Below are positions 52,151 to 64,000 of a stretch of 64,000 nt of DNA, one piece after another. Each line of letters starts with the position of its first letter. The first letter of the stretch is position 1. The notes under the pieces were generated by a model, which made no database searches, was not told the origin of the DNA, and saw only the letters and a list, made by a program, of their open reading frames with translations. The position numbers and the translations under genes are program-made. Source of the stretch: Octopus vulgaris (Eukaryota); NCBI GenBank assembly GCA_951406725.2, contig OX597819.1, positions 93,558,001-93,622,000 on the forward strand, given 5' to 3'.

Positions 52151-52917
52151 ATATTGTTATAATAATGAAGTCAAAGCCAATAGCGACATTTTGAAATCAT
52201 TTAATATGTACGTTTCAGGTTTGATATGATTTATAATAGGAAATCCATCCATTATGTAAACCTTACTCAGATAAAGCATTTAAAAAATATGAAGAAACTG
52301 ATGTAAAATTTTAATATATTAGGTTAGAGCAGTAAATCAGCTACCAGGTTAGGAAGATAGATGTATACAGAGGGAGAGAGAGAGAGAAAATCTGGAGAGA
52401 GAGAGAGAGAAAGACAGATGGGGAGAGAGAAATAAGAGGAAAGGAACAGAAGAATATGTAAAGTGAGAGAAGGGATAAAAGGATGCATGAGTGAATAGTA
52501 TTGAAAAAAAATAGGTTAGTTTTGTTAGTTTGCATAGAAATCTAAGTAAAAAATGATGAAGAGTAGCAGATTGAAAAGGTCAAGAATTTGAGGTGAGAAT
52601 GGGGATGAAATGAACCAGGTGTCAAGGTGTGGTTAAGGGTTGTAGTAGTGAATGGAATTAGTAGTATATGGCTTGAAAATTTGGAGTAGTTTCTTATATT
52701 TGGATTGAGTCAATGAATCTGGTACTGCACACCACTTCTTAGCATAACATGTAATATATAAAATATATATAAGTATATATATATATATATCTAATATAGG
52801 ATAAAATTTTTTGAAAAAATTTCTATCAATGGCCAGCATATTAAAAAATACCTTTAAAGGTTAAATTTTTCGGCATATTTGGCATCAGAATTTTTTCTTT
52901 TGCCCTTGTTTATAAGT

Positions 52918-52969
<52 letters not shown>

Positions 52970-54518
52970 TATATATATATATTGTGTGTGTGTACCCTTG
53001 ACTCAAATATCATCCTCATACAAGCAGTGTTGCTTATTTCCTGCCTTTTCTGTGAAAAATATGTCTAGCCATGGGGAAATATAACCTTTCTTGGAAACCG
53101 GTAAGGGTTGGCATCAGGAAGGGTATCCAGCCAATAGAAAAATCAGCCTCAACAAATTCCACCTGACCCAAGAAAGCATGGAAAAGTAGATATTAGATGA
53201 TGGTAGTGGTAGTGGTGGTGGTGATGATGATGATGATGATGATGAAATTCTTAGATCGTTATACCTCCTGATTATGTTTTGGTGGTTAACAGCCTCACTC
53301 AAAGAAGAAATACCTCAGAAATTGGGTTCATGACTTTCAATATTGGTTGTTTTGACATATACAATGCAACAAATGCTAAATTTGAGTACCCATAGTTTCT
53401 TTGTAAGACAGCAGTTTCCTTTTGCAAGACAGATAATTGCTAGGTTATAAGAAAGTGTCTAGACTTACATTAACCTAAAGCTTACTCAATGACTGGCGAG
53501 TAGTTTCTGTATTAACAAGTAAAAACCTTCAATTTATGTGTGAGAGCAGAGAAAATTTTTTAAATATATTTCTCTTATTCTTGTTTTATTTTTTTAGTTT
53601 TTCTTAAAGTTTTTATTGTCAATATAAAAATATCTATATTATATGTAGTCAAAACTCATATAGTAACTGGCTTAGAAAACTCTAGTTACATCTGTATTTT
53701 TTCTAATAAATATCAAATCAATGTGCGTGAATATGTATGTTTTATTGCTATTTATAACAGCTAATATCATATTTTCATTTCTTGGTGATTTACTTGGAGG
53801 TAAGACTTAATTTATTTCGATGTAATAATAGAAACAAATTCATATACATTACTTTGGCCTTCTACATTGCCTTAAAAAATAATGAAGAAAATAGATGTTA
53901 TATCTTTTAGTACAAGCTTTCAAAAGTGACTCATACGAAGGGTTAATTATATTATCCCAGTGATAAATTGAATATGATGCCAGTGTCAGGTGTGTTGCAA
54001 TATATCATAACATAATACCCTCTAAAGAAGATTTACTATATATCTGTAACACAATATTAAAATTGTAAAAATGGTGTGTAAAGAACAGATACATTCAGTT
54101 GAACTGAGAGAACATATTTAGCCACTGTATATTAACTGATACACTTAAGGAGGAAAATGCTATGGGATTCAGCCAAAGTATTGAATGAAAGAACATGTAA
54201 TGTATGTATGTATGTATGTATGTATGTCTCTGTGTATGTATGTGTACGAGTATGTGTGTATGCATGTATTTGCATATGTACATATATATATGTACACACA
54301 CATGCAAAATATACACACACTCATACAAATACATTTACATATATCATTCTCTGAGCTGAAACCAAAACTGAAGCAGTAAGTTCCAATAAAACATGCCAAG
54401 TGTCTATATCCTAAGTCAACTATTTTGGTTCATATATATATATATATATATATAGATAGATAGATAGATAGATAGATATACATAAATATGTGTGTGTGTA
54501 TGTATTTAGATAGGTAGA

Positions 54519-54563
<45 letters not shown>

Positions 54564-54564
54564 T

Positions 54565-55075
54565 GGAGTGGTTGGCGTTAGGAAGGGCATCCAGCTGTAG
54601 AAACACTGCCAGATCAGACTGGGGCTTGGTGCAGCCTTCTGGCTTCCCAGATCCCGATCAAACCATCCAACCCATGCTAGCATGGAAAACGGACGTTAAA
54701 CGATGACGTTGATGATGTATGTATACATGTGTGTGTGTGTGTGTATACATAAAAGCAACCAATCAGTGACACTGAAAAGCTCTTATGCAGTGACATGTGA
54801 AATCACCTGTGCGGTACCATGTAAAAGCACCCATGCAGTGCTTTGTAAAAGTGACCATGTGGTGCCATGTAAAAGCACTTGTGTGACACCACATAAAGTG
54901 CTTGCATGGTGCCCTGTACACACTATTAAGTGACTGGCATTATGAAAGACATCCAGCCGTGCCAAATAAAACTGGAGACTGGTGCAGCTCGTGAGCTTGC
55001 CAGTTCTTGCCAGTTCTAGTCACACCATCCAACCTATGCCAGCATGAACAACAGACGTTAACTGATGATGATGGT
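54565..55075 (+). mobile_element. Two SINE-like (GAT)n-tailed segments and a ~24-bp subrepeat array
   Basis: 54565-54716 matches 41885-42038; units like GTGCCATGTAAAAGCAC recur at 54770-54915. Confidence 0.75.
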
Positions 55076-55304
55076 ATATATGTATATTTGTCCAGTATGG
55101 GTTTGATGAATATATTATTGAAGCATTGTTTTACAATTGGACTGTTTGTTCGGAGGTTGGTATGACAACAATGTTACTGCTTGTATCTCAGCGATTTTTA
55201 GAGTAGCCCAAATTTAAACACACGTACACAAGCATACACTCACACATTCGTATATACATATATGAATTAATGTGTAAATATGTTTATATGCATATGCTTA
55301 TATG

Positions 55305-55640
55305 TATGAGATCTCGACATTTCTTCAATATACAAAATAACTTGAAATGTGCATCTGTAAACCTACTTTATAGAATGACATGTTTACGATGTGGAGAAAA
55401 CTACATTGGGAAAACCATAAGGTTCCTAAGACAATGCATGACTTTGTGTAGACTTCAAATTAAGCAAAAGAATACACAGAATTTAGGTCACAATGAACAG
55501 GTAGACACATGCACAAGTAAGAAACAACAAAATCTTACAATCTTCTTCTTATGTCAATTTTCTGATGTCACATCACAACAACGACCCATCAACAAAGAAA
55601 CATCCATGACAAAATACCAACCTTGTCTTAACCACTGTAA
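55305..55640 (+). mobile_element. Penelope-like retroelement GIY-YIG endonuclease relic
   Basis: FNIQNNLKCASVNLLYRMTCLRCGENYIGKTIRFLRQCMTLCRLQIK...EQVDTC...LTIF...KE...TKYQPCLN matches PLE GIY-YIG (C.S.N.IY...C..C...YIG.T...LR.R...H...E......P.LN); the catalytic Arg and His positions are mutated. Confidence 0.85.
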
Positions 55641-55894
55641 GAGAGAAAAGATTACAAACTTGTGCTACTGCTACCACTACAGATACTAAAGCATTTGTTG
55701 CCATTACTACAGCTGCTACAGCCACTATGCCCACCCCTGCTACTATTATAAAAAATATATATTCATAGATATATAAATGTTGAAAACAGGTATAGTGTCT
55801 CCTGTCCATAATTTCTCAGGCAGATATTCAAAACAAAAATCATGTAAATAATATAACCTAAATCATAATAATATTATTTTTGAATCTACGGAAT

Positions 55895-56136
55895 TCTCTT
55901 TTACTTGTTTCAGTCATTTAACTGTGACCATGCTGGAGCACTGCCTTTAGTCGAGCAAATCGACCCCAGGACTTATTCTTTGTAAGCCTAGTACTTATTC
56001 TATCAGTCTATTTTGCCGAGACGCTAAGTTATGGGGATGTAAATATATTAGCATCAGTTGTCAAGTGATGTTGAGGTGGGGGGACAAACACACACACACA
56101 CAAACATATACACACACGTACATATATGTATATATA

Positions 56137-56186
<50 letters not shown>

Positions 56187-56353
56187 TATGATGGGCTTCT
56201 TTCAGTTTCTGTCTACCAAATCCACTCACAAGGCTTTGGTTGGCCTGAGGCTATAGTCGAAGACACTTGCCCAAGGTGCCATGCAGTGGGACTGAACCCA
56301 GAACCATGTGGTTGGTAAGCAAGCTACTTACCACACAGCCACTCCTACGCCTA
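55895..56353 (-). mobile_element. OR2-like SINE, full length
   Basis: Family consensus, ending ...CTTACCACACAGCCACTCCTACGCC. Confidence 0.9.
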
Positions 56354-56460
56354 TATAGATTATCAATTTATTATATAATATAATATATTTATTTATAATA
56401 TAATATATTATATTTACAGTATTATTATTATTTTTATTATCAACATTATTATTATCAATA

Positions 56461-56677
56461 AGGCAGTGAGTTGGCAGAACCGTTAGCACACCAGGCGAAA
56501 TGCTAAGTGGTATTTCATCCGTCTTTATGTTCTGAGTTCAAATTCCACCAAGGTCAACTTTGCCTTTCATCCTTTCAGGATCAATAAATTAAGTACCAGT
56601 TGCATACTGAGGTCGATCTAATCAACTGGCCCCCTCCCTAAGACTTTCGGATCTTGTGCCTAGAGTATAAAAGAATA
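56461..56677 (+). mobile_element. OR1-like SINE
   Basis: AGGCAGTGAGTTGGCAGAACCGTTAGCAC...GAGTTCAAATTCC...AATTAAGTACCAG; ATTATTATTATCAAT occurs on both flanks. Confidence 0.85.
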
Positions 56678-57024
56678 TTATTATTATTATTATCAATGCT
56701 GATTTTATATTTATAAGGTATTTTCTATACAGTAATGAAACATGTGTAACATGGAATTAATAATATTCCCAAACTTCCAGTCAGCGTTTAAATATATACT
56801 TACTCTGCCAATATGATTCACCAGAACCTTCAGCTGGTATGTGTGCTGCATTTAAAATAAGATATATCCATATTCATACATTTGATTACTAAAAGTGCAG
56901 AAATGCTTCACAATGACACAACCTCGATTATAACTCCTTCTATACATTTATACATATATATAGATATGTGTGTGCATATGAATTTGCATCTATATGTATG
57001 TATATAGATATATATGTATGTATG

Positions 57025-57090
<66 letters not shown>

Positions 57091-58032
57091 GTATGTATAT
57101 TGGTATGCCTTATAAACGCACAAATATATATATATGTATATATATGTTCATACACACGTACATATATACATGTGCATATACACATATATACAAACATACG
57201 CGCATATTTATTTATTCATTCATTTATTTATTTATTCATCCACCCACACAAGTATTTCAGCTCAGTTTCTTTCAAATAGTTTTCACCTCATGATTTCAGA
57301 CACGAGATTGTAATTCGTTACTGGTATAACTGAAAAACGTAAATGTAAATGAATAAATAAATAAATAAATATGAATAAATACATAAATAGATAGATAAAT
57401 AAATAAATAAATAATGAGTAAATAATGGTAGTGACTAATCAAATAAGCTGTTGTTGCTTCCACATGTATTTGAAGCCATTCCAGTTAGGATTAATCATTA
57501 ACTGTTGAGGAAATATTCATGTAATTTCTCCATCAGATTAAATTTACTCCTTTAACTGATGCATTCTATATCCAATTGATGGAGGATAGTTTTCTCACAC
57601 CTGTTAATGGATTTTATAGTTTCACCAATTGTCGTTACAGGAAATGCAGCATTCCCCCCTATTAACACATTTTTTTTCCACCAGTCACTACTTCTGTGAC
57701 CAACTGAGAATAAAAGGCAGCATATTTAACATTAGGGAGGAATAAATTATATTAAGCTTAAGCTTTAGATATGAATCCTTTACTTAATTGGGGGATAAAT
57801 CTATCACTTATTACTTGCATACCTCAAACTGTTTATTGGAGTAGGTGATATCTGATTGAAGCAATGTAGAGAAGCATTTATAACAAGAGCCACCTCTTCC
57901 TTCTTTTTTTTTCTGTGTCATTAACATTTGTGTGTATGATGCGAGAATTCAAAATAATAACATTAATGGGCATAAATATTTACACACACATATATATATG
58001 TGTATATATATGTGTGTGTGTGTATATATATG

Positions 58033-58063
<31 letters not shown>

Positions 58064-58321
58064 ATATATGTATATATATATATGTGTGTGTGTGTATGTG
58101 TATCTCTGTGTGTAGACATATACAGCTACACAGGCACACACATTTATTATCTTTGTTTCTGAGAAAATGAGCAGCAAATATTTTTTTTATTTTATACATA
58201 AGAAATGTGATAAACTGTGCCATGAAAAAATGGGTCATGAAATTTTTACTTCAAAATTATAAGGACAGAATTTTCAGTAATAATAATTTCTTTAAAGTAT
58301 GTAACATTATTGCTGTCACTT

Positions 58322-58608
58322 AGCAGGTATGGCCATGTGATTAAGAAGTCTTGTGAGTGGATTTGGTAGACAAAAACTGAAAGAAGCCCATCATGTGTGT
58401 GTGTGTGTGTGTTTACCCCTTCCCCCACCCCCGTTTAACAACCAGTGTTGATATGTTTGCATCCCCATAACTTAGCAGTTTAGCAAAAGAGATGATCAGG
58501 CCTTAAGATAGAAATAAGTATTGGCGTCAATCCATTCAACTAAAAATAATTCTTCAAGAATGTGCCCCAGCATGGCTACAGTTTAATAAATGAAACAAGT
58601 AATAGATA
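58322..58608 (+). mobile_element. OR2-like SINE, internally deleted
   Basis: GCAGGTATGGCCATGTGATTAAGAAG/TCTTGTGAGTGGATTTGGTAGAC...TGAAACAAGTAA. Confidence 0.7.
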
Positions 58609-58964
58609 CAGGTAGTCCTCAAAAATTCATCTATTCAACTTCTTGAACCTTTGAAAATTTTGAAGAATACAAAATTTTGATGGACATATTTACAAGATTG
58701 CCCCCAAAATTTCCGTTTTTGTAAGAAAGGAAGTCGTGATTCAAATGAGATTTGACTGTTTTATCATCAGATAGCCAAACCATTTAGAGATTCCTCTTCA
58801 AGAATATGTAAGGCTTTTTGAATAACAGAGATTTATAATTATAGCAAAAAGCCATAAATATTTGAAATAATGGAATAGTCAATAGACATTATTTACATTA
58901 TTGCCTGAATACAATGTTGTAATCAGGCAGTGACCTGAATAATAATAATAATAATAATAACAAT

Positions 58965-59120
58965 AACATCAAAAAATACCTTAGGAATGAGAACCCAGGT
59001 TCAAAATTTCCCCAAGTCATTTGATGGAGGCTGAAGGGTATATCAGCCAAAAGATGAGGACAAATATCCGTCAAATGTAAATAATGTACATAATTCCTCA
59101 TCTCTTAAATATAGAACTGA
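58965..59120 (+). mobile_element. Penelope-like terminal fragment with a broken hammerhead-like motif
   Basis: After (AAT)n: ...TTTGATGGA-GGCTG-AAGGGTATAT-CAGCC-AAAA; stem II is intact, but the GAAAC/cleavage half appears mutated or deleted. Confidence 0.4.
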
Positions 59121-59560
59121 GTCAATAGACATGTACTTAATTTCTCAGTTCCCAGAAGAAGAAAAAGGAGAATTAATCTTTGTAGGATTCAAATTCTTTA
59201 CATAAAGGGATATAGCTTAACACTACTAAACCATTTTCCTTTTTCTTTGGCTAGCCATTCCACCAATTCTGTACTTATCTGTCAATTAAAACAAAAATTA
59301 ATCAGTGTCATGTCATTTGAACATGAGTATAAATCAAGTTTAAGCATTGTTGTTGTGCCAGAATCTATATCTTGATTACGCAAATTATTCAAATCAATAT
59401 GTATATGCATCCAACTGACGTCAAATAGGATATTTTACACTTTATATGCTTATATGTGTGTGTGCATGTATGTGTGTGCGCGCATGTGTGTGCATATGTG
59501 TGTATGTATGCAAATACATATCTATATATGTATATACATAGCTATACATAAGTACGTATA

Positions 59561-59598
<38 letters not shown>

Positions 59599-59618
59599 AA
59601 GATGGATTCACATACAAA

Positions 59619-60310
59619 CATGGGTGTTCCCCCAAAAATGTATACACTTCTTGAATGGTAATAAAGTCAGTATTTATTAAAATACATTTCATTTTGAAAA
59701 TTTTATAGAATCTACAGTTAGAATTTAATTTTCTCATTTGATGGCTACTCTGTTGAGTGCCATGAGTTTTATACCATAAACCTTACCTTTTGAGTATCCC
59801 CATAAAAAGTTTAATGGGGTCAGGTCCACTGAATGTCTATTCATTTCAAACAATCTTTGTTGCAATGTCTGTATCTTCAACACATCTTGCCAAGTACCAC
59901 TTGCAAGAATCTACTCTTTGGTACAGATCAGTTTCATTGAGAGTATGTGCTATTCTTGCAATGTAACCATTCCAAAGAGACTGCTTCAAAATGCAACACT
60001 TGATTTTGAAATTCTTATTTCCTGACTCACTTGCTGCACAGATTTTCTTGAATTCTGGCAATATGTTTCTTGCATATTCTAGCATATTCTACCTTGATGT
60101 CCCTAGTATTCTGGAACATTTTTTGTGGACCATCTGAACAGTTCCTTCTGCATCCAATTTATCTCTAATTTGAGCAATGGCAAATGAAGATGATGGATCT
60201 GTCTAAGAAACCTTCTTGGAGTCACACACTTTGGCTGCATTTTCAAACTTCCAGAAACCATTTAAGATAAATTTCCTCTGTTTAGGACTTAGTTTGGCTT
60301 CTTTCACTTT
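59619..60310 (-). mobile_element. Internally deleted Tc1/mariner-type transposon (DUF4817-HTH type transposase relic)
   Basis: Minus-strand pieces AKLSPKQRKFILNGFWKFENAA, ...YIARIAHTLNETDLYQRVDSCKWY and HSVDLTPLNFLWGYSKGKVY (cf. WPPRSPDLTPLDFFLWGYLK.KVY); TIR-like GGGTGTTCCCCCAAAAATGTATACAC at ~59622-59647. Confidence 0.8.
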
Positions 60311-60681
60311 TTTTAATGGGTTAAATTTAACATCTAAATAGAAATGAAAATTTAGCTACCAGCTGTTAACTGGTATATGCATCTTTGGGCAGACTTTGTA
60401 TATATAAATATAGATGATGACAGAGAGACAGATAAACATATAAATAGATAGAGAGACAGACAGATAGATCTCTTTCCCTCACTGATACATACATATGCAG
60501 TTGTGTGTGTGTGTGTGTATACATACACATAGCATACATATATATAAATATATATACATATATATGTATATATATATATATATATATATACATATGTATG
60601 TATGTATACATACATACACATAACATATATATATATATATGTATGTATGTATGTATGTATACATACATACACATAACATAC

Positions 60682-60712
<31 letters not shown>

Positions 60713-61109
60713 CACATATGTATGTATACATACATACACATAACATATATATATATGTATATATATGTATGTATGTATGTATACATACATACACATAACA
60801 TACATATATATATAAATAAATATATATATATATATGTGTATATATATAAATTATTTAAATAATTTTTTAATTTTTAACTTTTATATTTTAAAATTAATTT
60901 TATGTATTGGCTTATGTCTTTCACTGTTTGATTTGCCTAATAGTGGTTTTATCTCCAATTTAATATAATATAATATAATATATTTATACTATAAAATTGG
61001 ATTTAATCCTAAATCTAATTTTTCCCTGTAAGTTTGGATTTATTCCCAAATATTATTATTATATATATACATATGTATGTATGTATGCATATACATACAC
61101 ATAACATAC

Positions 61110-61155
<46 letters not shown>

Positions 61156-61156
61156 G

Positions 61157-61199
<43 letters not shown>

Positions 61200-61200
61200 C

Positions 61201-61235
<35 letters not shown>

Positions 61236-61777
61236 GTATATTAGTATTTCCAGTGTTACTATCAAAATAAAAACCATTCAACCAACAAATGCATAATGGT
61301 GTCTTGTCTGTATCAGCTGGTTAATGAAATATGAAGTAATACAATAGAGACAGGCACACTATGAAGTAAGTTCTGAAATATCCAAAGTATACATTCTGAC
61401 TCCAAGCCAATCATATTCAGCACATAATTATATTCAAAATCTGCATTGACTGAATAAATGTGGAAACAGTCTGTTTTTTCTTGAGCAATGACTTCATATC
61501 ATATTACAATTGTTTGCCTTACATGACAGAACAAACTATTTAACTCTTCTTGCTTTGACTCACCTTAATAGCTTTGCAAGGATCATAACAAGAATATTTA
61601 GCAGTTTGGGGATTTATGGTTAGTTTATATGCAATAATGTGGGATAATTATACTGATGGGGTGAAATGCCGATATGTCTAAATGTCTAAGATTAATTATC
61701 ATTAATACAATTATAAGTTTTCCAATTATTTACCAAATCTGTGAATGTGAGGCATATTCTAATATTTATCTCTGCTT

Positions 61778-62137
61778 GGATTCCGTCAAGTTCGACTTTG
61801 CTTTTCATTCTTTTAGAGTTGATAAAATAAATACCAGTTGAGCACTGGGGTTGATGTAATTGACTTAACCCCTCCCCCGAAATTGCTGGATTTGTGCCAA
61901 AATTTGAAACCAGTATTTATATCTGCATTGTAGCATCAAGCTGGCAGAACTGTTAGCATGCTGGGTGAAATGCTTAGCAGCGTTTTCTTCGTCATTACGT
62001 TCTGAGTTCAAATACCACCGAGGTCGACTCTCATTCTTTCAGAGTCAATAAAATAAGTACCAGTTCAACTGGTCATCATAATCAACTTACCCCTGCCCTG
62101 AAATTGCTGACCACATGCCAAAATTTGAAATCAATAT
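61778..62137 (+). mobile_element. Two tandem OR1-like SINEs
   Basis: Each has CGACT...TCATTCTTT.AGAGT..ATAAAATAA.TACCAGTT...AAATTGCTG....GCCAAAATTTGAAA. Confidence 0.8.
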
Positions 62138-62148
62138 TCACATCTGCA

Positions 62149-62343
62149 TTAACCCTTTAGCATTCAAACAAAACATATTCGGCCCAAATACTGCATTTGT
62201 TTTATGTTCAAACTGGCCATTCTAAAAGTAAACAATCATATAACTGAAATCTCAAATCTATGAGATAATGCTCAATTAATTCAAAACAATATGAATAAAT
62301 AAGTGTTACATTTGACTGAATAATCTAAATACTAAGGGGTTAA
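62149..62343. mobile_element. piggyBac-like MITE (TTAA-flanked)
   Basis: TTAA-CCCTTTAGCATT ... AATACTAAGGGG-TTAA; reverse orientation relative to 16932-17158. Confidence 0.75.
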
Positions 62344-62694
62344 ACCTCAATCATTTTGCATTCTAGTTATCATTACACGTACCATTTTTAGATATCTACC
62401 AACGATATAACTAGTAATGGTATTACTCAGTGCAGTAACTCATGTTATCACCTACCTAATGGATCTATTCTCTATCTACTTTGTATAGAATCATAAGTAA
62501 AATCTTTTGTTTGATTCTGTTTCCTTAACATTCATCTTCCATGGCTTGGATGACTTTTTCAGGATGTGATAGTCCACAGACCACACCATGCTTCAAAGCA
62601 CACATTGGAACTAAATGCAATCCTTGAACCTGTTGGATTCTGTCAAATCTTCCAATTGATGCAAGCATGGTCAACAAACATTATATATATATAC

Positions 62695-62739
<45 letters not shown>

Positions 62740-62839
62740 AATCCTGATGATGGTGTCACCTTTTCTGTTAGTGTCATCTAATGTGATTGAGAGCTTATTC
62801 CTCTTGTTTTAACATGTGCAAACTGATTGTAAACAAAGT

Positions 62840-63135
62840 ATCATCATCATCATTTAGTGTCCATTTTCCATGCTGGCATGGATTAGACAGTTTGACTGGA
62901 GCTGGTAAGCCAGAGAGCTGGTAAGCTGGAGAGCTGGTAAACTGGAGGCTTGGTTTCTATGGCTGGATGCCCTTCCTAACACCAACAAGTCCAAGAGTGT
63001 AGTGGATGCCTTTTACATGTCACTGGCAGGGGTGCCTTTTATGTGTCACCATCACAGGTCCCTTTTATGTGTTACCGGCACTGTCCACAACTACAATTTC
63101 ACCCGGGCTGATGAGTCTTCTCAAGCACAGCAAAC
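62840..63135 (-). mobile_element. SINE-like (GAT)n-tailed element
   Basis: (CAT)n TTAGTGTCCATTTTCCATGCTGGCATGG...GGATGCCCTTCCTAACACCAAC; same family as 1916-2460, with an internal GAGCTGGTAA triplication. Confidence 0.75.
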
Positions 63136-63704
63136 TGTTAAAGGTCTTGATTCCTTGTCTCATATAAACAGTGTCATTTCATTTGTAGTCTTTGCGTAAG
63201 CAATCTGGGTCCTTGACATGTCTTCATACATAAATGCTGATTGGAAACAAAGCATCACTGTTTATTCACAGAGTGTTAATTGTTTGTAGATCTTTGTAGA
63301 AGCTGTTTGTTGTTCAATAGACCCAGGTAATTATACTTTACTTGAAAACAGGTGAGGGTTGGCTTCAGAAAAGGCATCCACTCTTTGATAATTTTTCCAA
63401 AATACTGGCTTGGCTGACCCATGCAAATAAGAAAAAGTAGATATTAAAATGATGTTGGTGACGGCAACAATAATAACAACAATAATAATTAAAAGGATAA
63501 TGTATAGTCATTGACTTCTCTAAGAAGCAAAATTTGGAATAGAAATTTTATTTAATACTTTATATTCTTAGACAAAAAAAAACTATGCAATTCAATCAAT
63601 AACTTCTTTTAAAATATACTCAAACAAAATGGTTCAAAGATAAACTGAAAAAGATGCTATTTAATAAATGGTTTTGTCATTATTTCTAGTATGATAATAA
63701 CTAA

Positions 63705-64000
63705 GAACAAGAGCACTCAAAGAGCACAAACCTCCGCCAAGTCAACACCAACGCCCTCTAAACAATTAGCCAAAGATGCTTTTTATAATGAGAATATCTG
63801 AAAATAACTTGACTCTCCTCACAAACAAGAATACTTAAAATGAAACCAACCATTCTCAAAAATTAATTTAAAAAAACAGGAAAAATAATCTAGAATCCTT
63901 GTCGGTACCAGATTGAGCCCAAAATCTCATCAGTTTGTACTAATCACAAGGCCAAATATACCTGAAAGTTTCATCCGAATCTATCCAGCAGTTCTTGAGA
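63705..64000. mobile_element. Probable non-autonomous DNA element (Helentron/HINE-like), truncated by the window end
   Basis: ACAAGAGCACTC.AAGAGC.CAAACCTCCGCCAAG start and AAAGTTTCATCCGAATCTATCCAG.AGTTCTTGAGA body resemble widespread mollusc non-autonomous elements; the class is uncertain. Confidence 0.4.

Noticed and set aside
27860-56318. Recurrent peptide [41 protein letters not shown] that looks like a gene family
   Set aside because: It is the antisense translation of the OR2-like SINE head.

Overview
This window is AT-rich, microsatellite-dense eukaryotic genomic DNA. Its repeat families (tRNA-derived SINEs resembling the octopus OR1/OR2 types, Penelope, RTE and CR1-group LINEs, Tc1/mariner) point to an octopus or other coleoid cephalopod; that assignment is inference. 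The only host coding sequence I can support is one 246-nt exon (3236-3481, +) of a T-type voltage-gated Ca2+ channel alpha-1 subunit (Cav3, CACNA1G/H/I-like), encoding domain I S1-S3. Its upstream intron ends with a minor-spliceosome (U12) branch site and an AC acceptor. I found no next exon in the following ~60.5 kb, so the rest appears to be one giant intron filled with SINEs, MITEs (Merlin-, piggyBac-, Tigger- and hAT-like), decayed transposases, LINE 3' ends, a Penelope GIY-YIG relic and simple repeats. Nearly all ORFs in the supplied track are microsatellite artefacts. The most interesting non-obvious signals are several type-I hammerhead-ribozyme-like motifs of the Penelope type (best: 38897-38986, sense to the channel pre-mRNA, intact core) and several long fold-back hairpins that could be ADAR substrates. 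I cannot establish a wholly new biological system from sequence alone. Repeat boundaries are approximate (about +/-20 nt) unless TIRs or TSDs are quoted.
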